Assembly: GCA_037441385.1 (NCBI GenBank)
Contig: JBBISH010000006.1
Span: forward strand, 45,308-109,307
Reading direction: 5' to 3'
Length of the DNA stretch: 64,000 nucleotides
Source of the DNA: Myxococcales bacterium
GTDB taxonomy: Bacteria; Myxococcota_A; UBA9042
Shown: piece after piece, positions 37,596-48,071 of the stretch
Numbering within the stretch: the stretch's first letter is position 1
Layout: every line of letters starts with the position of its first letter
Made by a program: the position numbers and the translations under genes
Notes under the pieces: model-generated
The model's database searches: none
Told to the model about the DNA's origin: nothing
What the model saw: the letters and a program-made list of their open reading frames with translations, nothing else

Positions 37596-37804
37596 ACGCG
37601 CTGAGCCCTGTCTTGCCTGTGCTTGGCGCAGGCCGTCTCGTCAAGTCGAAGATTCATCGCAGTCGATGACTTTTGGGGATGCATGTTCCCCAGCCTCCGC
37701 GGCAGTCCCTCGGTGCGGCCTGCGTTCAACCTGCCGCGGTCAGGTTCACTTTGTCCAAGGGGTGCCGCGCAGCCGGCATGTCGAACAAGTCTGAAGGGTC
37801 AATC

Positions 37805-39721
37805 ATGACGTATCGCAATCGATTCCGTACTTTGCTGGCCATGTCCGGCGTGCTGGGAGCCCTGTGGGCTGTCGGCGCGCAGGCGGCCGTGCCGACCTCT
37901 GCCACGGTCGAAGGCCTGTTGCTTTCGGCGGGCGGTGGGCCCGCGGCCGACGGCACCTACACGGCCAACTTCGCCATCTACGCCGCCGAGTCGGGCGGCA
38001 CGGCCGTTTGGGCCGAAACGGGCGTCAGCGTCGTTGCCAAGGGCGGCCAGTTCACCTACTTGTTGGGCAGCAAGACGCCGCTCAGCGCTGCGGCGATCAA
38101 CCTGCAGACCGCGTACATGGGCGTGCAGATTGGTACCGACCCCGAGCTGCCGCGTAAGCCCCTGGGCGCTTCGCTGTTCGCGTTGCGCGCGGCGGTAGCT
38201 GAGTCGCTCGAGTGCTCGGGCTGCGTCAAGGCTACTGCGTTGGACGCCGCTGTCCTACAACCCTTTGCCAAGACTGCGGATCTGTCGGCCTACGCCAAGA
38301 CGACCGACCTGAGCGCCTACGCCAAGTCCACGGACCTGAGCGCCTACGCCAAGTCGGCCGACCTGAGCGCCTACGCCAAGTCCACGGATCTGGGCGCCTA
38401 CGCCAAGAGCACCGACCTGAGCGCCTACGTCAAGGCGGCCTCGCTCGCCACGGTCGCCGGCACGGGCAGCTACACCGACCTGACCAACACCCCGGTGCTG
38501 GCCAAGGTAGCGACCACGGGCGACTACGCCGACCTGAAGAACGCTCCGGCCATCCCGGCGGTGGGCAAGCTGTGTGGCACGGGCCTGTTCTTCAAGGGTT
38601 TCAACGCGGACGGCAGCATCAACTGCGTCGCGCTGAAAGAGACGGACATGCCGCCCGACGGCATCAACGAGATCAGCAACGGTTTGATCGCCAACCAGTT
38701 TGTCGACTCGACCGCCGGCACCGCCAACGTCAAGATCCCCGACGGTTTGGGCGCCGGCACCACCGACTCGCTGACCTTCCCCGACATCGGCGTAGCTCAG
38801 AAGATCTGGGTCAACATGACCATCACCAACTCGGACCTGAGCGGCGTGCGCGTCGAGCTGTACGGCCCCGGCATCTCGACGCCGTACGTCCTGTACGACA
38901 AGGGCAAGACCGGCACCACCCTGACCACCAATTTCAACACCGACACGCCGCTCGTCTCGGGCGACCTGACCGGCGACTGGGTCGGCAAGAACATCAAGGG
39001 CGCCTGGTCGATCACGGTCAAGGACCTGAAGGCCGGCGGCGGCTCGGGCACTCCGGCGACCGACGGCACCTTCAACTGGGCCATCAACATTCAGACCCTG
39101 TCGAGCAAGAAGGTGCAGATCAAGGGCAACGTCATCATCGACGGCAACACCACCCTGGGCGGCAGCATCGTGCCGGGTAACGACACGGCCGCCTGCGGTG
39201 CGACCAACCAGGGCGCGCTGCGCTACACGGCCTCCAAGGGTCTGGAGACGTGCGCGGGCACCTTCTGGGTGGCTGCGCTGCCCAAGAAGGTCTTGTTTAC
39301 CGGTGGCTGCAATCACCACGGCACGGCCAGCCTCTGGAGCAACCCGTACTGCCTGACCGACACCTATGTGGCCACGTCCAACTACACCGACTACTTCACG
39401 GTCACCGATACTGCAAACGGCATCATCACGGTGAAGATCCCGGGATACTACCGCCTGTACGGCAACTGGCTCACCAACCACTGCCCCAACAGCGACGGCG
39501 GTCAGTTGCTGATCAACGGCGCGCGGACCGGGTCGACCTACTCCAACCAGGTCAATGGCATCTGGCAGATGCAGCACATCGACATCACTTGGCCGCTCAA
39601 GGCGGGTGATACCGTGCAAAGCATCTGGTACAACGCTGGCTGCACCGGCTACGCCTACCACGTGGGCAGTGCTGCCGGCACCTGGAGCAAGTTCACGATG
39701 GAGTACGCTGGCCAGAACTAG
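37805..39721 (+). CDS. Secreted fibre-like protein: tail-fibre-type repeats, proprotein-convertase P-like domain, C1q/TNF-like C-terminus
   Basis: Signal peptide (AQA); six TDLSAYAK-type repeats; two VATTGDYADLKN-type motifs; P-domain-like DLSGVRVELYGP...GAWSITVKD; C1q-like ITVKIPGYY...PLKAGDTV. Confidence 0.8.
   Translation: MTYRNRFRTLLAMSGVLGALWAVGAQAAVPTSATVEGLLLSAGGGPAADGTYTANFAIYAAESGGTAVWAETGVSVVAKGGQFTYLLGSKTPLSAAAINLQTAYMGVQIGTDPELPRKPLGASLFALRAAVAESLECSGCVKATALDAAVLQPFAKTADLSAYAKTTDLSAYAKSTDLSAYAKSADLSAYAKSTDLGAYAKSTDLSAYVKAASLATVAGTGSYTDLTNTPVLAKVATTGDYADLKNAPAIPAVGKLCGTGLFFKGFNADGSINCVALKETDMPPDGINEISNGLIANQFVDSTAGTANVKIPDGLGAGTTDSLTFPDIGVAQKIWVNMTITNSDLSGVRVELYGPGISTPYVLYDKGKTGTTLTTNFNTDTPLVSGDLTGDWVGKNIKGAWSITVKDLKAGGGSGTPATDGTFNWAINIQTLSSKKVQIKGNVIIDGNTTLGGSIVPGNDTAACGATNQGALRYTASKGLETCAGTFWVAALPKKVLFTGGCNHHGTASLWSNPYCLTDTYVATSNYTDYFTVTDTANGIITVKIPGYYRLYGNWLTNHCPNSDGGQLLINGARTGSTYSNQVNGIWQMQHIDITWPLKAGDTVQSIWYNAGCTGYAYHVGSAAGTWSKFTMEYAGQN
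38267..38428 (+). repeat. Intragenic 27-bp tandem repeat, 6 copies
   Basis: GCCAAGnnnnnnGAYCTGnnnGCCTAC encoding AK(S/T)(T/A)DL(S/G)AY. Confidence 0.92.
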
Positions 39722-39736
39722 CGAACATCCGGTTCC

Positions 39737-39796
39737 AACACAGCGCCCGCCTCGCGCCCGGTTTGCCGGTGTCGCGACGGCGGGCGCGGTGTTTTT
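39737..39796 (+). terminator. Putative intrinsic terminator between convergent genes
   Basis: Long GC stem (GCGCCCGCC ... GGCGGGCGC) followed by GTGTTTTT. Confidence 0.55.
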
Positions 39797-39814
39797 GGGG
39801 CCCTGCAGCGACGG

Positions 39815-41451
39815 CTAGTCGGCGTCGAGCATCCCCGCCTGCACGGCCTGCATCATCACGTCGGCCATCAGGCCATCGCGGCACGGCGTCGGCGGCTCAT
39901 AGGTGCTGCCGTCCAGGCACTTGCGCTCGCCCTGGGTCAGGGGCAAAAAGCCGCTGCCCCCGCGCGCCAGGTAGTCGATGGTGGCGACTGTGTAGCGCGC
40001 ACCGAGGTCTACTGGCGCACCGTTCACGCTGGCACCCTGCAACCGCTCGCCGCGCTTGAGGATCTCGACCGGTCGGCCATCGACCACCCGGTACTGCGGC
40101 GTGGCCGCCTTGAAATTGCACGTGCCGGTCACGCCCCACAGCACCAGGCCCTGACCGTGACCTTCGCTGCCGGGGATGCAGGAATGCTCCAGGGTATCCA
40201 GTAGTTGCTGGCCGGTCAGCGTCACCAGCACCAGCCGGTTGTCAAAGGGGTGGATGGCCTTGACCTCCAGGTTGGTGACCGGGCCCGGCGGGTACAGGGT
40301 GTCGCTGCGGAAGCCGCCCACGTTGAGCAACGCCCCGATCACGCTGGGGACTTTGGCCTTGGCCCACAGACCAAAGGCGCGGCTGGCGCGCCGGCTGTAG
40401 TCGCCGCGGGCGTCGCGCAGGTCCCAGGCGAGCTTGCGCTGCCCGATCACCACCTCTTGCACCAGCGTTTGCCGCAGCGTGTCGACCTGCGCCTGCACTT
40501 GCGGGTCCTTGGCTTGCAGTTGCTCGATGGGCTGCAGTTTCCAGCTGCTGTGGGCCGGGTCGAAGTGGCCGGCGTCGTCGATCGCCAGCTCCAAGGCGCC
40601 CAGGTGCGAAAACCGCGAGCCGCTTTGGGTAATCCAGGTCTGGCCGCGCTGCTGCACCTGCGGGGTCTCGCTGTGCGAGTGCCCGCCGACGATGGCGTCC
40701 AGGCCGGTGACGTCGGCCGCCAGTTCCACGTCGTTGTCCAGGCCCAGGTGCGACAGAACCACCACCAACTGAGCACCTTGCGCACGCAGTTTTTGGGCTT
40801 CGATCTGCTGACTTGTGCGGTGGTGGCCTTGGCAAAGCGCACGTCGCCCAGCTGGCTGATGGTGCGGGTGGTGGGCGTGGTCAGGCCGATCAGGCCCAGC
40901 TGGATGCCGCCGCAGCGCACCAGCGCCGACGGGCCAAAAAGTCCTTGCGGATGTTGGGGATCGCTGGGGTCCAGCGAGGTGCCTTTGGCGTCCAGGTTGG
41001 CCGAGAGCAGGCGCATCTTGGTCAGGCCCTGCATCGCCATCCGCAGCGCCTTGGGCCCCGCGTCGAACTCGTGGTTGCCGACGGCGGCGTAGTCGTAGCC
41101 GGCAGCCTGATAGACCTGCCAGGCGTTCTGCATCGCCAGCGGGCGGTTGCCGTCTTTCCGCTCCATGTAGCGGCCCTGCAACATGTCGCCGCCTTCTACC
41201 AGCAGCACGCCGCCGGGGCGCTGGGCCAAAAGACGCAGCTTTTCTGCGGCGATGCGGGCGATGCGGTCTTGGAAGCCGGCGCCTTCCTTGGGGCCGTCCA
41301 AGTTGGCTTCGCTGTCGTTGCTGGTCAGCAGCAGGCACCGCTGGGCCTGGTCCGCCGCTGCACCCGCCAGATCTGCGGGCGCCGCTCGCTCCACGCCGCC
41401 ACATGCGCTCAGCCCCAGCAGCAGGGTCAGCACGATCGACAGTTTCTGCAT
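39815..41451 (-). pseudogene. 5'-nucleotidase/metallophosphoesterase lipoprotein split by a single frameshift near 40810
   Basis: N-half (41451 start: LSAC lipobox, GGDMLQG, VGNHEFD, SANL) and C-half (SHLG, GGHSH, NVGGFR, HPFDN, DYLARGGSGF) lie in different frames. Confidence 0.8.
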
Positions 41452-41466
41452 GTGTTTTCCTGTAGT

Positions 41467-42177
<711 letters not shown>

Positions 42178-42198
42178 GGTGGTCCTTTTCTGGGTCGG

Positions 42199-42471
42199 TT
42201 AGGCGGCCGGGGTCACGGCGTCGACGACACCCACGATCAGGCAGCGAATCGGGTTCTTGGGGTCGGCCAGGATCTGGCGGATGCCGTTGCCCTCGCGCAG
42301 GATGATCACCGTGTCGCCGGGTCCCGACTGGGCGTGGTCGACGGCGAGGAAGGTCTCGCCGGCGTCTTGGCCATGCTCGTCGATCGGCTGCACGCTGAAC
42401 ACCGCGTAGCTTTTCAGCCCCGGGTGCTTGATGGTCGAGACCACGTTGCCGATGACGCGCGCAAGAATCAT
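42199..42471 (-). CDS. Bacterial microcompartment vertex (BMC-P, EutN/CcmL) protein
   Basis: [16 protein letters not shown]...[12 protein letters not shown]...IVGVVD; 90 aa. Confidence 0.93.
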   Translation of the reverse strand: MILARVIGNVVSTIKHPGLKSYAVFSVQPIDEHGQDAGETFLAVDHAQSGPGDTVIILREGNGIRQILADPKNPIRCLIVGVVDAVTPAA

Positions 42472-42493
42472 CTGGGGCTCCCTGCTGGATCGC

Positions 42494-42763
42494 CTACGCC
42501 TCGACGTGGACGTGGTCGACGATGGCGATGATGGCCGCGTCGACGGGCACGAACGCATCGGGCAACGCCAGCGCCGCCTCGCGGGATTCGGTGACATGCA
42601 CCAGATCGCCGGGCCCAGCCTGGGTCACGTCGGCGGCACACACCGGCTTGCCGCGCGGCTGGTCATCCTCGCCAACCGGCTGGACCATGAGCAAGCGAAT
42701 GCCGCCAAGCCCTTCGGCTTTCTTGGTGGCGACTACGGTTCCAATCACGCGGGCGAGAAACAT
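42494..42763 (-). CDS. Bacterial microcompartment vertex (BMC-P, EutN/CcmL) protein
   Basis: [15 protein letters not shown]...[12 protein letters not shown]...[11 protein letters not shown]; 89 aa. Confidence 0.93.
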   Translation of the reverse strand: MFLARVIGTVVATKKAEGLGGIRLLMVQPVGEDDQPRGKPVCAADVTQAGPGDLVHVTESREAALALPDAFVPVDAAIIAIVDHVHVEA

Positions 42764-42814
42764 GCGCGCGACTTTGGCACAAGCACGCCCCCACCGCAAG
42801 CGGACACGGGCCCC

Positions 42815-42981
42815 CCGATCCGCCGCTTTGGGCGCAACTCGGCGTTGCTGCGTCGTCCCAGCTACGGGTTGCCCCACTGGGGCGACCCGTTCACCCTTCG
42901 GGCGACCGCTGGGGCCCTTCTCCCTGCGGCGACCTTTAGGTCGCCTCAGTCGCTCCGCTCCTTGCGCCTTGATTTGCATCC
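42815..42981 (-). repeat. 167-bp structured intergenic repeat, copy 2
   Basis: Reverse complement of 30518-30684 with one mismatch. Confidence 0.9.
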
Positions 42982-43088
42982 AGGGGTCCTCGTGGTGGCC
43001 GCAGGCCAGAAAAGCAGTCCAGTGGACTGCTTTTCAGCGGGGATCGGCGGCCGGGGCGAATTTCGATGCTGGATCCTGGGGTGCAGCC

Positions 43089-44252
43089 TCAACCCTCTTG
43101 GCCGTCGATGCGCGGCCGGGTCAGGATCGGCCAGTACACCACCGCAAACACCGCGTAGCCCGCCGCCCACAGCACGCCCGCAAGCAGCACCAGGTTGGGG
43201 TCGCCGCCAAAAACCCGCAACAGCGCGCCCGCGATGACCAAGTAGTAGGCCACCACGGTCGGCGGCGCCGCCACCAGCGGTCGGCCCGAGTGCCCCAGCG
43301 CCGCGCGCGATGCCACCGCCAGGATCATCACGCCGATGGCACCGGCGGTCAGGGCGTGCAAGGCGGCAAACGCGCCGATCGGCCCGCCCAGGTCGCTGAT
43401 CCCCTTGAGCAGAAACCCCAGCGGAATGAAGGCATAGCCGGCGTGCAGGATCCACACGAGCGGCAGCCGGCGCGTCTGCCAGGTCCGCCAATGACGCATG
43501 CGCAGCCCCGTCACCAGCGCCGCCGCCAGCGCCCCCCCACCGCTCGTCGCCGAAAATGGCACGGCCAGCTCGGACACCACCACCAGCGCGACCAACGGCA
43601 CCGCCGCGCGATCGAGCCAAGCTGGCGTGCTGCAGGCGTGCTCGGCATGGCCGGCCTGGCGCAGCGCGTTTTGGGTGAAGCTGGGCACGATCCGCCCGCC
43701 GATCAGCGCAATCAGCGCGGCGATCAGGTACACGGCGGCGTGCAGGGCCTGGGCCTGCAACGGCCCAGCGGGCGCCAAATGGTACAGCAGGTTCAAGCCC
43801 CACAGCGCCAAAAGCATCGCCACCACCTGGTAGTTGCGGGCGTTCTTGGCGCGCAGGATGTCCAGGCCCACCCAGCCGGCCAGAATCGGCAGGAACAGCA
43901 GGTCCAGCGGCCAGGCCGGGATCCCGGCCGGGGTCAGCGCCATGCCCAGCCGCCCCAACAGCCACGCCACCGCCAGCACCCCGGCGCGCGTGCCGCGAAA
44001 CAGCGGGCCCTGCGTCCACTTGGGCACCGCCGCCTGCAGGAAACCGCCCACTGCGGCCACCGCAAAGCCAAAGATCAATTCATGGCCGTGCCACCACGGC
44101 GACAGCGGCAGGTGACCGCGCCAGGCCAGCAGCCACGCGGTCAGGGCCAGCGGCGCAAAAATCCCGGCGGCCAGGAACAGGCTGCGGTGGCCCGAGGCCA
44201 AGAAAACCGGGCCTTGCCAGCGCTGCGATGTCGGTCCAAGAGGTATCGGCAT
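43089..44252 (-). CDS. nnrS: NnrS family membrane protein
   Basis: GHRSLFL, WHGHELIFGF, GFLQAAVPKWT, GGRIVPSFT, WILHAGY, LHALTAG, RAALGHSGR. Confidence 0.92.
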   Translation of the reverse strand: MPIPLGPTSQRWQGPVFLASGHRSLFLAAGIFAPLALTAWLLAWRGHLPLSPWWHGHELIFGFAVAAVGGFLQAAVPKWTQGPLFRGTRAGVLAVAWLLGRLGMALTPAGIPAWPLDLLFLPILAGWVGLDILRAKNARNYQVVAMLLALWGLNLLYHLAPAGPLQAQALHAAVYLIAALIALIGGRIVPSFTQNALRQAGHAEHACSTPAWLDRAAVPLVALVVVSELAVPFSATSGGGALAAALVTGLRMRHWRTWQTRRLPLVWILHAGYAFIPLGFLLKGISDLGGPIGAFAALHALTAGAIGVMILAVASRAALGHSGRPLVAAPPTVVAYYLVIAGALLRVFGGDPNLVLLAGVLWAAGYAVFAVVYWPILTRPRIDGQEG

Positions 44253-44369
44253 GGTCGTCTCTCTGTCCACTGCGGGGGCAAGCGCCTATACTCCCCCGCG
44301 TCCGGCCATGTTAGGATAAAACGATAAATAAGTCTATAGACGATCGCACCGCGGTCGAGAGAGCCTGCG

Positions 44370-45803
44370 ATGAGCCGCAAGAATCGCCCGTACCAGTTCT
44401 ACGACACCACTGGCGCCGTGTGCAGCACCTGCCTGCGGCAGATCGAGGCCAAGGTGGTCATCGAAGCCGAACGCGTACTGCTGGACAAGTGGTGCCCGGT
44501 GCACGGCATGGAGCGCGTGTTGCTGGCCGATGACCCCGAGTGGTACCGCCTGGGCCGCGAGGTGTTTGTCAAACGGCCCGAGATGCCGGAAAAGTTCAGC
44601 ACGCAGATGGAGTTCGGCTGCCCGTACGATTGCGGCCTGTGCCCGGACCACATGCAGCACTCGTGCCTGACCGTGCTCGAGGTCACCGACCACTGCAACC
44701 TGCGCTGCCCCACCTGCTACGCCGCCTCGGGGCCCGAGCGCACCACCCACCGGCCGCTGACGACGGTGATCGCCATGCTGGACGCGGCGGTGCGCAATGA
44801 GGGCGAGGCCGACGTGGTGCAGATCTCGGGCGGCGAGCCGACCTTGCACCCCGACTTCTTTGCGATTTTGGACGCGGCGCGCGCGCGGTCGATCCGCCAC
44901 TTGATGGTCAACAGCAACGGTCTGCGCATCGCCCAGGACCAGGACTTTGTGACGCGGCTGGCCGAGTACAAGAAGGGCTTCGAGATCTATCTGCAATTCG
45001 ACTCGCTGCAACGCGAGCCCCTGCTGGACCTGCGCGGCGCGGACCTGCGCTCGGTGCACAGCAAGGCCCTGGACAACCTGAACGCCGCTGGGATCTCCAC
45101 CACCCTGGTGATGACCGTCAAGCGAGGCGTCAACGACGGCGAGATCGGCGCGGTCCTCGACTACGCCCGCCAGCAACCCTGCGTGCGCGGTGTGACGCTG
45201 CAACCGGTGCAAGAGGCGGGGCGCTGCGATCACTTCGACAGCCGGCAACACCGCCTGACCGTGAGCGAATTGCGCCGCAAGATCGCCGAGCAGTTCCCGA
45301 CCCTGACCTTGCGCGACATCGTGCCGGTGCCGTGCAACCCCGACACGCTGGCGATGGCCTATGCGATTCGCCAGGGGCCCGAGCTGGTGCCTCTGACCCG
45401 CTACCTGGACTACCAGACCTTGGTCGAGGGCGGCGGCAACACCATCGCTTTCGAGCGCGACCCGCAGTTGCGCGACAAGGTCTTCAGCCTGTTGTCGACG
45501 GGGCACTCGCCCGAGAGTCAGGCGAATTGTTTGTCGGATTTGCTGTGTTGCCTGCCGCAAGTCGCCGCGCCCAGCCACCTGGGCTACCAAGACGTGTTCC
45601 GCGTGCTGATCGTGCAGTTCATGGACGCCCACAACCTGGACCTGCGGGCGCTGAAAAAGAGCTGTGTACACATGGTCCAGCCCGACGGGCGCATGATCCC
45701 GTTCGAGAGCTACAACCTGCTGTACCGCGACGAGCGGGCGCAGACGCTGGCGCAATTGCGCAGCGAGCTCAAGGCTTTTCATCAACTCCGCTTGGGTCGC
45801 TAG
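44370..45803 (+). CDS. Radical SAM protein, MJ0619/Tes (GDGT-MAS)-like family
   Basis: N-terminal CSTC...CPVHG, CPYDCGLCPDH auxiliary motif, CNLRCPTC, QISGGEPTLHP, YLQFD, C-terminal KKSCVH..PDGRMIPFESYN. Confidence 0.88.
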   Translation: MSRKNRPYQFYDTTGAVCSTCLRQIEAKVVIEAERVLLDKWCPVHGMERVLLADDPEWYRLGREVFVKRPEMPEKFSTQMEFGCPYDCGLCPDHMQHSCLTVLEVTDHCNLRCPTCYAASGPERTTHRPLTTVIAMLDAAVRNEGEADVVQISGGEPTLHPDFFAILDAARARSIRHLMVNSNGLRIAQDQDFVTRLAEYKKGFEIYLQFDSLQREPLLDLRGADLRSVHSKALDNLNAAGISTTLVMTVKRGVNDGEIGAVLDYARQQPCVRGVTLQPVQEAGRCDHFDSRQHRLTVSELRRKIAEQFPTLTLRDIVPVPCNPDTLAMAYAIRQGPELVPLTRYLDYQTLVEGGGNTIAFERDPQLRDKVFSLLSTGHSPESQANCLSDLLCCLPQVAAPSHLGYQDVFRVLIVQFMDAHNLDLRALKKSCVHMVQPDGRMIPFESYNLLYRDERAQTLAQLRSELKAFHQLRLGR

Positions 45804-45808
45804 CGCAG

Positions 45809-46519
45809 CTACTTCGGTTTGTTGCAGCAGATCGCGGGCGCGCATGAGCCGATCACGAATTCCACGCCATATTCCACGGTTTTGCGTCGCCAGCACAGGG
45901 CGTTGTCGCCGCATTCCGAGTCGTCGGTGCACAGCATCGAGCACCAGGCTGGCGCGTCGGGACGGATCGCCACGGGGCAAGTCTTGGCGGCCAGGTTGCC
46001 CGCGCAGTCGCTCATGGTCGTGCAGGGCTTGCCCACGCCAAAGTTGTTGACGCTTCCCGAGTTGCAGGGCTGCGTGCAGGTGGCGCCGTCGGGAATGTCG
46101 ATGGAATACGTCGCGGCGCACTGGACCGGCATGCAAACCTTGGGCTCCTTGGGGCCGCGCGGCACGCAGACGCCGCCGTCGCCGCATTCGTTCGGCATGC
46201 CAAAGCAGTACTGGGCGCAGAAGTGCGGGGCGCCGTTGCCCAGGTTGTTCAAACAGGTCACGGCGTCCTGGCCGTAGCAGTCTTCTGGCTTGTTGCAGGG
46301 CTTGCCCAAGCCGCTGCTGTTGACGGGCGTGGCGGCGCAGGGCGGGCCCACGGCAGCGTCGCCAGCGTCCAACGAAGTATCTGATTTTGAGTTGGTTGCG
46401 CTGTCCGTGTCCGCGCTGGCGTCTACGGCGCCGCTCGTAGCCGGAGTGGTGGCGGGGCTGCTGCAGGCCAGCGCAAGCCATGTGGCCACGGCGGCGAGCG
46501 GGCGGATCGGGTACGGCAT
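45809..46519 (-). CDS. Cys-rich lipoprotein with two internal repeats
   Basis: Lipobox ALAC; two VN..G.GKPC....DC.G....C modules. Confidence 0.8.
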   Translation of the reverse strand: MPYPIRPLAAVATWLALACSSPATTPATSGAVDASADTDSATNSKSDTSLDAGDAAVGPPCAATPVNSSGLGKPCNKPEDCYGQDAVTCLNNLGNGAPHFCAQYCFGMPNECGDGGVCVPRGPKEPKVCMPVQCAATYSIDIPDGATCTQPCNSGSVNNFGVGKPCTTMSDCAGNLAAKTCPVAIRPDAPAWCSMLCTDDSECGDNALCWRRKTVEYGVEFVIGSCAPAICCNKPK

Positions 46520-46687
46520 GGTGGCCTGGCACGGGCAGCGGCCCACCGTTGCAGTCTACGCGGCGCATCCGGCAAAAGCACCCGCAACTTCTGGGCAATG
46601 GTTTGGCCGGCTTGCCCTTGCGGCCTTGTTGCAAGGGTCGAAAGCGACTAGCCTTCTTGGCACCGGCTTCTTGCTGGGCGGTGTGCG

Positions 46688-48055
46688 ATGCGCGTAGCCC
46701 TGGTCAATCCGCCGTGGATGTACAAGCGCCTGTATACGCACGGGATCTACCCGCCCTACGGCATCTTGATGCTGGCGACGCAGCTCAAGCTGGCCGGCCA
46801 CGACGTGCACCTCCTGGACGCCAACGCGCTGGAGTGGAGCGAGGACGAGACCCGCGCCCGCATTGCCGCGTGCGACCCCGATGTACTGGGAATTACAATT
46901 TTTACCGATGGGTTTGGCTTTGCCGAACGCACCGGGCCGTGGTGGAAGCGCCATTCCGGCGGCAAACCGCTGCTCATTGGCGGGCCTCTGGTGTCGGGCG
47001 CGCCGCAGACGCTGCTTCGGGCCAGTCAGGCGGACGTGGCGGCAATCGGTGAGTCGTTTGTCTCGGGGCCGCAGCTCGTGGCGGCGCTCGAAAAAGGCAC
47101 ACCGCTGAGCGAGGTTGCGGGTCTGATCCTGCACCACGCCGACGGCAGCTTGCAGCCCACCGGACCCACGCCGGCCTGGGGCGACCTGGACACGCTGCCC
47201 CTGCCCGACTGGGACCTGTTGCCGGTGGAGCTGTACCTGCAGGGCGGCATGCAGCCGTTCTTCAAGAAGCGCAGGATCAATCGCTACTTGTCGACCATCA
47301 CCACACTGGGCTGCGCCTGGCGCTGCAGTTTTTGCCAGGTGCCCGACCTGTACCCAGGCGTGCGGGCCCGCGATCCCGAGCGGGTGGCCGACGAGATCGC
47401 CCTGTATCGCGAAAAGTATTCCATTGGGGGAATGTACTTTCGCGACGACATCCTGTTCCGTCCCGGCAAGATCGCCGAAGCACTGGGTCGCAAGGTTCCG
47501 GGCCTGCCCTGGAGTTGTCTGCTGCGCGCCGACATGATGACCGACGCCGTGCTGGCCAAGATGGCGGCGGGTGGCTGCGTGGAGATCCGCGTGGGGTTCG
47601 AGAGCGGCGACGACTTGGTGCTGTCGCTGGCCAACAAGAAGACCGAGGTGGCGCAGAATCGCCGCTGCATCGAGCTGGCGCGCAAGCACGGCATCGCCAT
47701 CTCGGGCTTTCTGATCGTAGGTTTGCCCGGCGAGACGGAAGAGAGCCTGGCGGCCACCGAGCGGTTCGTGCGCGAGATGCAGGTCCGCGTTTCGGTTCAC
47801 TTTCCTTTGCCGCTCCCTGGCACGGACCTGTACCGTCAGACGCTGGCGCGCGGCGAGATCGGCGACGAGGCGGCCCTGTTGCGCAAGTTTTCGGAGCCGC
47901 AGCTGCCCGGCGCGGTCCTGCAACCGCCGCCCATCAACCAGTGCGATCTGCCCGAGGACGTGCTGGTGCACTGGGCCATGCGGCTTGCCGCCGCTGGTCA
48001 GGCCGCCGATGATGCGGCGAGCGCGCCCACTGGCCACGCCGACGCGCCGTTTTGA
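46688..48055 (+). CDS. Cobalamin-binding radical SAM protein (class B type)
   Basis: VNPP..YPPYG..LA, IGGP B12-binding domain; GCAWRCSFC; FRDD; GFESG; LIVGLPGET; PLPGTDLY. Confidence 0.9.
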   Translation: MRVALVNPPWMYKRLYTHGIYPPYGILMLATQLKLAGHDVHLLDANALEWSEDETRARIAACDPDVLGITIFTDGFGFAERTGPWWKRHSGGKPLLIGGPLVSGAPQTLLRASQADVAAIGESFVSGPQLVAALEKGTPLSEVAGLILHHADGSLQPTGPTPAWGDLDTLPLPDWDLLPVELYLQGGMQPFFKKRRINRYLSTITTLGCAWRCSFCQVPDLYPGVRARDPERVADEIALYREKYSIGGMYFRDDILFRPGKIAEALGRKVPGLPWSCLLRADMMTDAVLAKMAAGGCVEIRVGFESGDDLVLSLANKKTEVAQNRRCIELARKHGIAISGFLIVGLPGETEESLAATERFVREMQVRVSVHFPLPLPGTDLYRQTLARGEIGDEAALLRKFSEPQLPGAVLQPPPINQCDLPEDVLVHWAMRLAAAGQAADDAASAPTGHADAPF

Positions 48056-48071
48056 GCCCGCACGAGGTGCC

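Noticed and set aside
38267..38428. 27-bp repeats as a CRISPR array or DGR template
   Set aside because: In-frame coding repeats with no spacers; no reverse transcriptase or adenine-specific template/variable pair seen.
42764..42979. N-terminal extension of the BMC-P ORF (and ORF 30460-30711)
   Set aside because: These are translations of the 167-bp repeat; the BMC-P domain begins at MFLARV (42763).
44309..44345. AT-rich patch between nnrS and the radical SAM gene as an NsrR/Rrf2 operator
   Set aside because: Likely a divergent promoter region, but no convincing palindrome matching a known operator.
46520..46687. Cobalamin riboswitch or sigma-54 promoter upstream of the B12 radical SAM gene
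   Set aside because: No B12-box or GGGAA core recognised; the TGGCAC matches lack a correctly spaced -12 GC.
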